Assembly: GCA_012295275.1 (NCBI GenBank)
Contig: CM022678.1
Coordinates: 16,120,001 to 16,184,000, forward strand
Length of the DNA stretch: 64,000 nucleotides
Source of the DNA: Chrysomallon squamiferum
Lineage: Eukaryota; Animalia; Mollusca
Direction of reading: 5' to 3'
The position numbers were made by a program, and so were the translations under genes. The notes below the pieces were generated by a model. The model saw only the letters and a program-made list of their open reading frames with translations, was not told where the DNA came from and did not search any database. Positions 1 through 12,244 of this stretch are shown here, one piece after another (within the stretch, counting starts at the first letter, position 1; every line of letters starts with the position of its first letter).

Positions 1-427
1 TGCGTGTGTACTGTACCAAAAATGTTTGCAGAAAGTGTATGTCATGAAGATCACTATAAAAGGTTATAGTGAGTTCACTTAAACACGTAACACATTAAAC
101 TCTAATTAGTAAATAAATCAAGTAATACAGTTTTAAAATGTTTTAATAAAGCAATCAATTAATTTATCAATCAAAAAGCTTTATTAATTAACCAGTCAGC
201 CAGTGTTAATATTAAAATTTAACCATCGACAGCATTATTAATGAAGCAATCAAACATTACCATTTAAAAGTTTATTTTTATCAATCTGTAGTAACATTAA
301 TAACTGTTACTTTCAGAACTGATAATAAAATTTAATAATAAATCACAACACTGTAACGTCATTATGGCCTTTGACAGTTTAAACATCCCAAAATGTTTTC
401 GTATCATATTTTCATCACGTTGTTCGG

Positions 428-565
428 CTACAGTTTTAGAACTTTAAGTTTAGAATATGACTCCACATCCCGTGGATCCGGTGGTCCTTGGAGTGGTAAA
501 ACTGTGGTTATTTGGTCTAACTACAGGAGGTTTGGACATTGGTATGCCTACGATTGGTACACTTT
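428..565 (-). pseudogene. Frameshifted copy A of the Pro-rich peptide exon: (E)SVPIVGIPMSKPPVVRPNN[+10 nt]PLQGPPDPRDVESYSKLKVLKL*
   Basis: 138 nt = 128 + 10-nt insertion (plus-strand taaaactgtg). Acceptor and ancestral TAG retained. The actual frame ends ...NNHSFTTPRTTGSTGCGVIF*. Confidence 0.5.
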
Positions 566-1390
566 CTGAAAATAAATATAACAGTAATAGAACTAATTAA
601 TCATGGTAGGTATCAGTAGTATCAGTAGTAGTAGTGGTAGTTGTAGCAGCAGTAATAGTAGTAATAATAATAATTTTGTTGTAGTAGTAGTAGCAGTATA
701 ACAGGTAATATAATAACAAAATTGTAACAGAATAAAATCATTACATAATAACAGATGTAGTTGTTATGATAATAACACAAGTTGAATAATAATAATAATA
801 ATAACAGTAATGATAAGAGCAGTTTAAAATATTTTTAATTACCTGAAAAAAGTATAAATTTCTTTATATAATTATGTAATGAAAACAAGTTATTTAAAAT
901 CATCAGAAAAGAAACGAATGTTAATAGACTGGTATGCCTACAAAGAATAAAATTAAAATAAAAACAAATTAAACGACACATTTATTTATATAATGTACGC
1001 AGATTTCTCTCGTTAGTCAGTTTGATTTTCGGTAATCTCGCCATGAAGGAAAACCTGCGTGAGACTGCGAGAGCTAACCCTTCCCTCTTTGAGAGTGTAT
1101 TGTAATTAGAAAGAATTAGCGCTAAGAATAATAACTAATAAATAACTAAATAAGCAAGCAATAGTAGAAGATAAGTAACCTTTTAATAAAAACAAGGACG
1201 TATAACGAAGAAAAAATACTCTATTTTCTTTATTTGATATTAAGAACAAAATAATTTAGTTTTTAGTTATGTACTTTTTTGTCCGAGAAAACTAATTAGA
1301 ATGATAAACAATAATTTAGAAATTTTAGTTTTTCCCGCCCATTTACTGCCATTTCCATTCCATAAGCATTCCAGCGTGAGGTAAGCATAA

Positions 1391-1464
<74 letters not shown>

Positions 1465-1646
1465 TAATAATATTAATAATAAAAATAAATATTATTATTA
1501 TGTTGAATTTTCTTTTTTCGTTAATGCTTCGATTTTTGAAGCTGTAAATTTTATTTTATTTCTTTCTTCTTCTTTTGATTTAAAAAAAAAATCTAGCCAA
1601 GTATAGATATCTCTATGAGTATGTTTTTGCCAGAGTAAATTCTCCT

Positions 1647-1647
<1 letters not shown>

Positions 1648-1684
<37 letters not shown>

Positions 1685-1720
1685 ATATATACACACACAG
1701 AGATAGAGAGAGAGTAAAAG

Positions 1721-1752
<32 letters not shown>

Positions 1753-1774
1753 TGAGATAGTAATATACATATAC

Positions 1775-1841
<67 letters not shown>
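1648..1841. repeat. Compound (TA)n/(GA)n microsatellite
   Basis: Direct reading. Confidence 0.95.
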
Positions 1842-1844
<3 letters not shown>

Positions 1845-2165
1845 ATCTCTTTTATCAATAATGTTTACTAATGTAATGTGTTAGATCAGTCATTTGTCAC
1901 ATACATGAGACGTTAAACAAGAGAAAAAACAATATAATTATTTCACGTACAAGGTAGGCAGTGTATTAACTGGATACGCACCACTTGCATTTATTGCGAA
2001 ACTTAGATGACATTGTGTGTTTGATAACCTTATATAAATAGTGAAAAATCTTTCTTTCAATACGGTCAGTTCGTTTACCTTCTCGATCTGATGTCATTGT
2101 TCTTCAGCAGGAAAATCCAGTCGTTTAAGAAACAAAAAACAAACCAAAAACCCAAACAAAATAAA

Positions 2166-2205
<40 letters not shown>

Positions 2206-2892
2206 GGTTTGTTTTTTGTTTTTGTTTCTTGAGGTGATTTTTTTTTTCTGACATATATTAATTTAACGATGAATGTGATGATAAAATGAATATATCTCTC
2301 AAAAGCCTGATGTATTTACATCAACAAATCATAAATAGAGTTCTTGACAGGATAATTTCCTAACCCCACCACGACTGCTGCTTCAACAGATTTCTAAACG
2401 CTTTGTTTTCTATGGGAAGGTTCTGTTTTTTCATTGCTAGTGATGCTTGAACATTATTAATTCATTCGAACCGCTACACGCATTGTTGCTTGTTTATTGA
2501 ATAAACAAGAGAATGTTCAATCGAAGCTGAAATGAAGAGAAATCAAATTATGTTTTTTTTTTTGTTTATTTTATCAATAGCTGCTAGTTCAGAAAAAAAA
2601 AGTAAAGTTAAAGTTGCTTTCTGATCCGTCTACCAATTAGGTGTATCCAATAATTTAATTTTCCTTCTCATTTCATAGTAATTTGTACGTGTTTAATATT
2701 AGAATATATTCAACAGCCGAGTACAGTTAACAAATTTTGACACTATTCTTTGTTTATAATATTTGTATTTTTTTTTTCTACTCAGATCGTATGATTTAAT
2801 CTTAACTTCAAATCGTATTTCTGCATATTTTGAAAATTATTACTTTTTATTCCTGATTTTTTAAAACCAATTATAATAAGGGAAAATAAGAA

Positions 2893-3434
2893 ATGGATTC
2901 AATAACGCGAATTGGTTTGATCTTTTTCGTTGGGATATTTTCAACGTCAACGAAAGATTGCTCAGAGAATTACGTTTTTAACAAGGTTTTCGTAAACACA
3001 GTTCCTGCAGAACTGGCGTCTGATGTTACAAGTGACGTCAGTGAAATTGGCTGTGCTGTGGCGTGTTACAGACGCTATTCCGAGCAATGTAAAATGTTCT
3101 TCTACAATGAAAACTTCAAGAATTGTTCCATCTACGACACGTCTTTCAGGTGTATGACAAAAAAGGAGCGGCTTGGAGCTAAAGGTTTTGGTAAGTAAGA
3201 AAAAAATAGAACATTTCTCAAATTAGTAAAACAACAACTACAACAAGAGCAACCATGGCCGTAATTAGACTCTTTTTTAAATGAGTCGAAAATTGATGTC
3301 TTTGAAGTCAGTTATCGCTTTCATCGCAATGGTGTCGGTATACTTCAAATGGTATCGGTAGACATAAACGAATTTATTCTGTGGATATCGTTTCTATCGG
3401 AATAGAGATTTATATCTATCTATCTATCTATCTA

Positions 3435-3488
<54 letters not shown>

Positions 3489-4438
3489 AAATCTATCCAT
3501 ATTTGAATGATGACTTTGGTTGCCATAGACGTAACTACACTGAGGCAATTGAAGCAAATGCCTCATACCGAAATTGAAGATTTGTTTTTTTAATACAAGA
3601 TGTTATTTTATATATATATCGGCCCTGAAAGCAATTACATTATTGATTTGTTAATTTCGTGGCATTTATTTATATATTTTTTCAAAACTTAAAGCAGGTA
3701 AATTCTACTAAATCTGTTATTTTATAACTTTATTAAATGTAAACTTTTCTAATAAATGTGTTTCTTACCATTAGTTTTCTTTACAGGCAACATGAATAAA
3801 ATAAACATTTAAATCACACACACACACTGATAAATTCGATACATTTCTTGTTATTTAGATATGTATGTAGCAAGAGCTATGTTTTATCAGGAAATATATA
3901 TAAAGACTGAATATATGCTGATAATACATACACACACACACATACATACATACATACATACATACATACATACATACATACATACACACATACATACATA
4001 CATAAACTCCTTCCTCTACTACTATTTACTATAATCACTATTAATACCATTCCTACTACAAATATATATTTATAGGCTACTTCTTTACTGTTTTGTTTAT
4101 TTAGATCATAAACGATGATTTCAAGAAAAGATTTCATTTTAAAATGCGCCACAAGCAATAGTTACAGTAATATTAGATCTATTATTGTGTAGTAATGCAG
4201 CAGTAGTAGTAGAGTTGGTAGCAGATATAGTAATATTAAGAGTAGAAGTAGCAGTAGCAATCGTATTAATAGTAGGAATGGCATTTATAGTGGTAGTAAT
4301 AGTCAGTGATAGTAGTAACAGTAGTCGTAGTAGTAGTAATTATAATATATAGTGCTAGTGATGCTATATCTAATGATTATTATTATTATTATTATTATTA
4401 CTGTTACTATTATTATTATTATTATTATTAGTAGTTAT

Positions 4439-4470
<32 letters not shown>

Positions 4471-7400
4471 GTAGTATTATTATCATATTATTATTATTAT
4501 TATTATTATTGTGCTGTTGTTGTTTCTGTGATTATTTGTTGTTGTTTACTTACTTTGAACACAGTTTCCTGGAAGAACTCGAACGTACAAGAATGTTTTG
4601 ACTGGCCACAAACGGCAGGAATCCATGTTGTGAATATTTCTGGACAATCAGCTGTCCTAGGCTATTACGACGCCCAGAAGTGGTTGGTAGGTACAATATA
4701 TACCTTGCACAAAAAAATCTCAAAAAGTAGGTGCTATAATATAGACGAAGAATCAAAAATTGAAAAATGATTTTATATGTCTTTGTCTGTATGTGTTTTC
4801 TATTCTTAGACTCTATCTTACATTCGTGTTACACACATAATTATACATTCAGTATTTTATATATATATATACTAACGAGCTAAAATTAACTGTGCATAAT
4901 TAATAATGAAAAGCAAGGCCCGTCCGTGGTAAGTGATCAAACCATCACACTGTAAACGTTGAATAACAGTCACCTTGATGTCTGAACAGTACACTGTCCC
5001 AGTCTTGTCGTCTAAAACTTAGATTTCGTTGACACCATGTTAAGCGAGCCTGATAAACAGACGTTGATTAAAAGTGGGCATCTGGGTTGTAGTCGGGGCC
5101 GGATGTTGTTTTCCCGTAGCCGATTCCGTACCGTCCTGGCAGTAATTGGTCTGAACCCAGAAATGTTTGAAGCTGACAAACTGGCAGTTTGGAACCGATT
5201 TCGTAAAGGAACCAACCGAATACGGTTATCATGTCAAAGTGACGTCATACGCGGACTGCCCTCCCTTGGCAAGTCGTGGGTGTTGCCCTCTTGTTGATAA
5301 CGACTCCATAAACAGTTTATCGTGTTTCCGTTTAACTTCGTTTTGAGCCATTCCAGCCTGCAGAATACCAACGACGTGAAGACGTTAGTTTTCGGAAAGA
5401 CGTGGCATGACGTAATTTTCGTATTCTGTTAAACAGGCGTGTTTTTCAGAGTTCAAAATGGTTAAGCAACCATTAAGTGTTTTTGTTTTCAAAAACAATG
5501 TGTGTGAGTTTTATATAACAGGCAAAACACAAAATTGTGCACTCTACATGAAATGCATGTGCGAGAAGTGAATTATGACCTCAAAATTGAAGACAATGTT
5601 TTCATGAATAATTATTGATTTTACCTTTTTCTAATTCTGAAATATTATATTGGTTACTTTTTCCGTTAGAATATATACATTCATGGACTCACGCATACAT
5701 ACGCATCTATAAATCTTTCAGTTTGTGAATTTTCTCTTTCTTATTTAATAAACAATATTTCCACAGAAAGGCACTTTTAGTCATTAAATACAGCGATCTA
5801 ATATTATCACTTTAACTTATTAATCTTATATTTTCTATGCAATATTCTGTATTCCGTAACTCTGGTTTCTTGCTATACATTTTAAATATTTATACAGCAT
5901 TGTCTATTCTTCGGTACAGTGTTTTATGTTTCAGTTTGATATATTAATGTGTCTGTTTCGTATTAATGTATTTTATTTTTCTGTTTCACGTTTGATTAAA
6001 CATTCACTGGTATTTCCAACATCATTGTTATCCGTTTCATTTATTAATCTTTAGTTTATAGATTACTCTTTGTGTGTTATTCCTGAAATTAGTTTTACAT
6101 TCCAGTCTAATTTTTTGTCTGTTCAGAGTCATGATTAAACCATTTTGTCCATTTTGAGTATCTTCACATCATATTACCATAAACAAATTCCTATTATTTT
6201 ATTGTTGTTGTTGTTTTTGTTGTTGCTATTATAATTATTATTATTATTATTGTTGTCGGCGATTTTTTAAATCATCATATCATTCTTCTTTTTTCCTTCC
6301 TCTTTTTCTAAATATTATTGTTCTGTTGTTATATATAATTAATTAATGATGCTTTCTTTTAGTTTCAGTGCGACAGTGCAGATCAAAACGTTACTAGATA
6401 CAAGTGAACCTGTCTCAATAAAATATTATTTGTTTCAGCTTATTCACGTTGGGAGTTGTTTATTCTATATTGGCATTTTGGGTCAATCAATAACGGTTAA
6501 ATAGATTCTGTTTTGATTTAATAAATTCTGTTTCATTCATTATATTTTTTACTGTTTCCTTTGTGCAAGGAAATAGCCTGTGTCGAGAAAAAAATCAGGA
6601 GCCGAATTTTCCGGATAAATGGTTTACATACTATGAACAGTTGCTTTTGTTACTGCTATTATTGTTGTTGTCGATCTTTGGTGATGTCAGCAATGTTGTT
6701 GTTGCTGTTATATTTACATAATTCTTTTGTTGATGCTGTCGTTTCTCTATATTAGTAACGCTTGAAGTATAAAACATTATTTTACTTTTGCGATCATGTA
6801 AAAGAAAATCTAGTTCAAAACTAAGATTTTAAACAGTTTTTAATTTTTAAACGCATTTTCATTATTTTCTTACTGTTTATTTTATCTTTATTTTTCTTCT
6901 TCTGATTACTATTTATGTCTTTATTTACTTTTCATTTTTTTCTTTCAAGAAAAATGTAAATAACTCGTTAATATAAAGATAAAGGTAAATAACTCTTGTT
7001 GTTAACAAATGATAAAAAGACAAATGTAAATAATTGTTACTGTTAGCAAATAATAAAAAGACAAATATAAATAACTCTTGTTAAATAATATAAAGACAAA
7101 TGTGAATAACTCTTCCTGTTAACAAATAATATAAAGACAAAGATAAATAACTCCTGTTTTAACACATAATAAAAACATAAATGTAAATAACTACTGCTCT
7201 CAAAAAATAATATAAAGGTAAGGTAAATAATGCTTGATGTTAACAAATAAAATAAAGACAAATGCATATAACTCTATCTGTTAAGAAATAATATAAAGAT
7301 ATATGTGAATAAGTCTTCATTTTAACAAATAATATAAAGACAAAGGTAAATAACTCTTGCTGTTAACAAAGAATATAAAGACAAAGGTAAATAACTCCTG

Positions 7401-9391
7401 CTGTTAACAAATAATAAAAAAACTAAATCGGATTTCCTGCCGACTGAATGCCGTTCGCCTCCCGTGATTTATCAAGTACTACAATATAAACGATCAGTAA
7501 ATCGAATATCTCTCTAAACCGAAGTTTTCAACCTCGTCTCAACACTTTTCATAAGTAGCATAATTTATAGTAGTGCGAAGGGAGGTAACTCGTGACAAAC
7601 TATTCTGTGTCTTATCTCTCTGTGTTCTCTCCCTTACTTTATTTATTTATGCTGTTTCTGTAAGATTTTTTCATTTAATTTGCATCTTTTTTTCTTTCTT
7701 CTTTGTAGTTTCTAATGATCTTTAAGAATAGTTAATCTGTTTACCAGTCAATGCATTTATTTTTCTTGTACAGCATGTAATCATCTATCAATCTTTCCTA
7801 ACCGTAGAACATAAACAAACATTTTTAATTCGTAAAATCATTCGTTATCTCAGGTTATTCAAAGACGTATTGACGGAACAGAAGAATTTAACAGAACGTG
7901 GATAGAGTATGAAAATGGTTTTGGAAACGTGACAAATGAATTTTGGCTAGGTGAAGTATTACAACATATTTAGAGATGAAAAACAATTTATATAATATGA
8001 ATTTTAATATATATCCACCATTTTGTGCGTAAACTATTGACTAAATACGTTCATTATAATCAAATTTATTAGTATTATTACCAATAGCATTATTATCAGT
8101 GTCATCATCATTATCAGTATCGTTATTATTACTAGCATCACCATTATTATCAGTATCATTATTACAAGTATCATCGTTAGTGTTACCATCAATATCATTA
8201 TTATTATCAGCATCACCTTATTATCAAAATCATCGTTATTATCAATATCATTATTATTAATACGGTACCATAATTGTTATCAATATCATTATTATTATCA
8301 GCATCAACGTCATTATCAATATTATTATTTTAATTATTGACGTTAAGTCATGCGAAGGGAGGTAACTCGCGATAAATTATCAACATCACCATCGTCATCA
8401 TCATTACTATCATTATCTTCATCACATCATCATCGCCTCATCTTCATATCATCATCGTCATCGCCATCACCGTCGTTTTCATCATTTTCATCATCTTCAT
8501 CACCTGTATCATCGACAATATCATCAGCTTCATTACCTTTACCATTATAATTCTTATCCATAAAATGGCTATTTACTGTATTTTGTTCTGATGCAGTTTG
8601 TGTTCTGTTTTTCCCATTCCAGGAAACAAGTACATACACCTGCTGACTCGTGAGAGACCATTTGAAATTGAGATAAATGTTGAGGACTCTGATGGTAAAA
8701 AGACGCTAATCAAATATGATTTATTTTCTATATCAGACGACACAGATAAATACAGACTGAAACTGGAGGGGCGGACAAGCAATGCTGAGGGTAAGTCTTT
8801 TACTTTCGACTTGAGAATTTCATACATACATAAATATCTGCATACCGAGCTAATTAATGATAGGTAGATTATATAGATAGACAGATAGACTGACAAACAG
8901 ACAGACAGATAGGTAGACAGAGAGATAGAGAGAGATAGACAGATAAACAGTCAGACAGTTAGTTAGCTAGGTAGCTAGACAGATAGATAGATAGGTAGAT
9001 AGATACATATACACACATCATACAACACATACATGTATACATACACACACAGATACACATACAAAGGTACCTTGAATCAGAAACCTGAATAACCGAGTGA
9101 GTAATTGTAATACTTTGTTTTTTTATTTGTTTGTTTGTCTGTTTGTAAAAAATTTCAGATGATTGTTTGAGCTATGCTAGAAACCTGCAGTTTAGTACTA
9201 CTGGTGTCGACAATGACCGGTATGTAGAGGTGGACTGTGCTGACAGGTTTGGTGGAGGATGGTGGTACGCAAGATGTGCGTATTGCGCATTCAATTCAAA
9301 GTACTTAGACGGTGGAATGTATGTAAACTGGTCAACATATTCCGGAAGATTAGTTCGAACTGAAATGAAAATAAAACCAAGAGGACTGTAG
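2893..9391 (+). CDS. Secreted PAN/apple-domain + fibrinogen C-terminal domain protein (FReD/ficolin-like lectin), copy 1, 305 aa
   Basis: Exons 2893-3190, 4565-4686, 7854-7950, 8623-8790, 9159-9391; all GT-AG, phases 1,0,1,1, total 918 nt open. N-terminal hydrophobic signal ([17 protein letters not shown]), PAN-like C-x3-C...C-x2-F-x-Y...C, FReD motifs [56 protein letters not shown]. Confidence 0.93.
4868..5676 (-). mobile_element. Internally deleted Tc1/mariner-superfamily (Tc1-like) DNA transposon with transposase pseudogene, in intron 2 of copy 1
   Basis: The minus strand from ATG at 5408 gives [23 protein letters not shown]...[10 protein letters not shown]...[17 protein letters not shown]...[10 protein letters not shown], i.e. 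Tc1-type paired HTH domains leading into the start of the DDE domain, with stops and frameshifts. Imperfect TIRs (TACTAACGAGCTAAAATTAAC / GTTACTTTTTCCGTTAGAATA) sit in TA runs. Confidence 0.85.
6945..7420. repeat. Degenerate ~40-42-bp AT-rich minisatellite (aaataatataaagacaaatgtaaataactcttgttgttaac), ~11 units, intron 2 of copy 1
   Basis: Direct reading. Only ~2 units at 20240-20330 and ~4 at 31405-31565 in the other copies. Confidence 0.85.
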
Positions 9392-9409
9392 ATATATAAA
9401 AAAAAAGAG

Positions 9410-9493
<84 letters not shown>
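9410..9493. repeat. (GA)n microsatellite just after FReD copy 1 stop (equivalents 22249-22380, 34014-34083)
   Basis: Direct reading. Confidence 0.95.
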
Positions 9494-9497
<4 letters not shown>

Positions 9498-9529
9498 CAG
9501 TCAGTAATATTATTTACAGATACGTTGTT

Positions 9530-9710
9530 ATGCTTATTTTTATGTATACTACGATGTAAGAGGGATAACTCTGGTGATAAGAGAACGTATTATATAGTTT
9601 TCTGTTATGACATAAGGGGAATAACTCTATTGATAAGAAAACAACTATTATGTAGTTTTCTGTTAACAGTACGATGCAAGGGGGATAACTCTAGTCATAA
9701 GAGAATATTC
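9530..9710. repeat. Three-unit ~60-70-bp tandem repeat with core AAGGGGATAACTCT in the FReD 3' UTR (also 22437-22600, 25383-25545, 34137-34240)
   Basis: Direct reading of repeated gatgtaagagggataactctggtgataagagaac...tagttttctgtta. Confidence 0.75.
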
Positions 9711-10814
9711 AGAAGGATATTCAACATCCGTATTCAACGTACGTTTAAAGAATGCTAATAAATACAGTAAAATTTTACATGCGTTCGTTTTGTCTCTGCT
9801 TCTACGTAACTTGTTATCTAAAAGTGTTAAAACAATAACACACAGTCAAGAATAAAATAGTAAGAAAACATATAGTAGTCTATTTCATTTTGTTAAAGGG
9901 TAGTAGTTATTATTTTCTGCGGACATGTATGTATGTATGTATGTATGTATGTATGTATGTATGTATATATACAAACACACATATATAAACAGAGCTTTCT
10001 TAACCTTTGCATATGTAATTTTATAATTTTATGAGAATTAGCCTACATATGTATGTATATGTGCATGTATGCATCTGTGAGTTTATCTGGGTTTTGAGTG
10101 CGTGTTTGTGTGTGTTTGTGTGTGTGGCTATTCAAATACATGTAAATAAATAAATACACACACATACACACACACATATATATGTATGTATGTACATAGG
10201 CAAACAAACAAACACAAATCAGATGATTTCACAGACGCATACATAGACACACACATATATACACACACACACACAAACATGTATGAATACACACACATAT
10301 ATGTTCTTGTATATATCTGTGTGTGTGCATTTATGTGTGTTTCTCTATTCATTTGTGTTGTGTTGTAGCTTGTCTGTGTGTGTCCGTACTGCATGTGAAC
10401 TGTATTAAAAATGTTTGCAGAACGTCTGTGTCATGAAGATCACTATAAAATCTTATAGTGAGTTTATTTAAACACGGAACACATTAAACTCTAATTAGTA
10501 AATAAATCAAGTAATACAGTTTTAAAATGTTTTAATAAAGCAATCAATTAATTTATCAATCAAAACGCTTGATTAGTTAACCAGTCAGCGAGTGTTAATA
10601 CTAAAATTTAACCATCACCAGCATTATTAATGAAGCAATCAAACATTACCATTTAAAAGTTTATTTATCAATCAGTAGTAACATTAATAACTGTTACTTT
10701 CAGAACTGATAATAAAATTTAATAATAAATCACTACACTGATACGTCATTATGGCCTTTGACAGTTTAAACATCCCAAAATGTTTTCGTATCATATTTTC
10801 ATCACGTTGTTCGG

Positions 10815-10942
10815 CTACAGTTTCAGACCTTTAAGTTTAGAATCTGCCCCGATATCCGGTGGATCCGCTGGTCGTTCGAGTGGGTTATTTGGTATAAGTG
10901 AAGGAGGCAAGGACTGTGGTATGCCTACGATTGGTACACTAT
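10815..10942 (-). CDS. Candidate terminal coding exon of an unknown small Pro-rich peptide gene (copy B): (D)SVPIVGIPQSLPPSLIPNNPLERPADPPDIGADSKLKGLKL*
   Basis: GC-richer island bounded on the minus strand by acceptor tatatttggtttcAG and an in-frame TAG (phase 1). Minus-strand AATAAA at 10660-10665. Frame conserved in the paralogous copy at 23691. Upstream exon not established. Confidence 0.55.
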
Positions 10943-12180
10943 CTGAAACCAAATATAACAGTAATAGAACTAATCATGGTAGGTATCAGTAGTATCAGTA
11001 GTAATAATGGTAGCAGTAGCAGCAGTAATAGTAATAGTAATAATAATTTTGTTGTAGTAGTAGAAGTAGTATAACAAATAATATAATAACAAAATTGTAA
11101 CAGAATAAAATCATTACATAATAGTTGTTATGATAATAACACAAGTTGTATAATAGTAATTATAATAATAATAACAGTAATGATAAGAGTAGTTTAAAAT
11201 ATTTTTAATTACCTAAAAAAAGTATATATTTCTTTATATAATTATGTAATGAAAACAATTTATTTAAAGTCATCAGAAAATAAACGAATGTTAATAGACT
11301 GGTATGCCTACAACGAATAAAATTAAAATAAAAACTAATTAAACGACACATTGATTTATATAATGTACGCAGATTTCTCTCGTTAGTCAGTTTGATTTGC
11401 GGTAATCTCGCCATGAAGGAAAACCTGCCTGAGACTGCGAGAGCTAACCCTTCCCTCTTTGAGAGTGTACTGTAATTAGAAAGAATTAGCGCTAAGAATA
11501 ATAACTAATAAATAACTAAATAAGCAAGCAATAGTAGAAGATAGGTAACCTTTTAATAAAAACAAGGAAGTAAAACGAAGAAAAAAAATATCTATTTTCT
11601 TTATTTGATTTTAAGAACAAAATAATTCAGTTTTTAGTTATGTACTTTTTTGTCCGAGAAAACATTTGGAATGGTAAACAATAATTTAGAAATTTTAGTT
11701 TTTCCCGCCCATTTACTGCCATTTCCATTCCATAAGCATTCCAGTGGGATGTAAGCATAAAAAATAAATAAATAAAAAATATAATAATAATAATAATAAT
11801 AACAAAAATATTGTTGTTTAAAGCTCAGATTACTTTTAACACCTACATTCAATTTTTCCAATGGAGAACATATTGTAATTTCCTCGCCTGTTGGTTAATG
11901 AATACTTCGTTTAGTCTAGCGACGTCTCGCAAATGAATAAGAGTCTGTGTCTGTTGCTTGGCTTATCTACAAACACTTTGTTTGTTTTGGAAATCTTCCA
12001 ACGATGAAACAGTGTTGGTGAGATTTTAAAGTTATTTTTTGACACACATACGCGTGTTAAAAAGATAAAATAGAAATTTCGTATGGTATAAGGATATAGT
12101 CAGTGGAAATTCCAAAACGGCTATTTTTAAACATGATTTCATTTGAAATTTATTTTGATACAAGATTTGTTTTAAATAGG

Positions 12181-12244
<64 letters not shown>

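Noticed and set aside
1646-1858. Low-complexity ORFs (poly-SL, IY, I, ER, HT, N) throughout the ORF track
   Set aside because: Translations of microsatellites.
2163-2204. Long poly(A) run as a retrocopy tail (also 58489-58517)
   Set aside because: No adjacent processed gene or target-site duplication seen; the paralogous positions are A-rich low-complexity sequence.
3520-3580. Possible hAT-like MITE terminus (ccatagacgtaactac...gaggca...tgcctca)
   Set aside because: No matching opposite terminus or target-site duplication found.
5037-5297. Plus-strand 86-aa ORF in intron 2
   Set aside because: Antisense of the Tc1 transposase remnant.
8350-8639. Ser/His-rich and Asp-rich ORFs in FReD intron 3 (also 32465-32744)
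   Set aside because: Derived from (CAT)n-type degenerate repeats; length and frame are not conserved among the three copies.
10780-10992. Plus-strand Gly/Ser-rich ORF MFSYHIFITLFGY... (and 23683-23958)
   Set aside because: Treated as the antisense shadow of the Pro-rich exon: the ATG is lost in the third unit, ends differ between copies, and the island boundaries fit a minus-strand acceptor and stop. Not fully excluded without stranded RNA.
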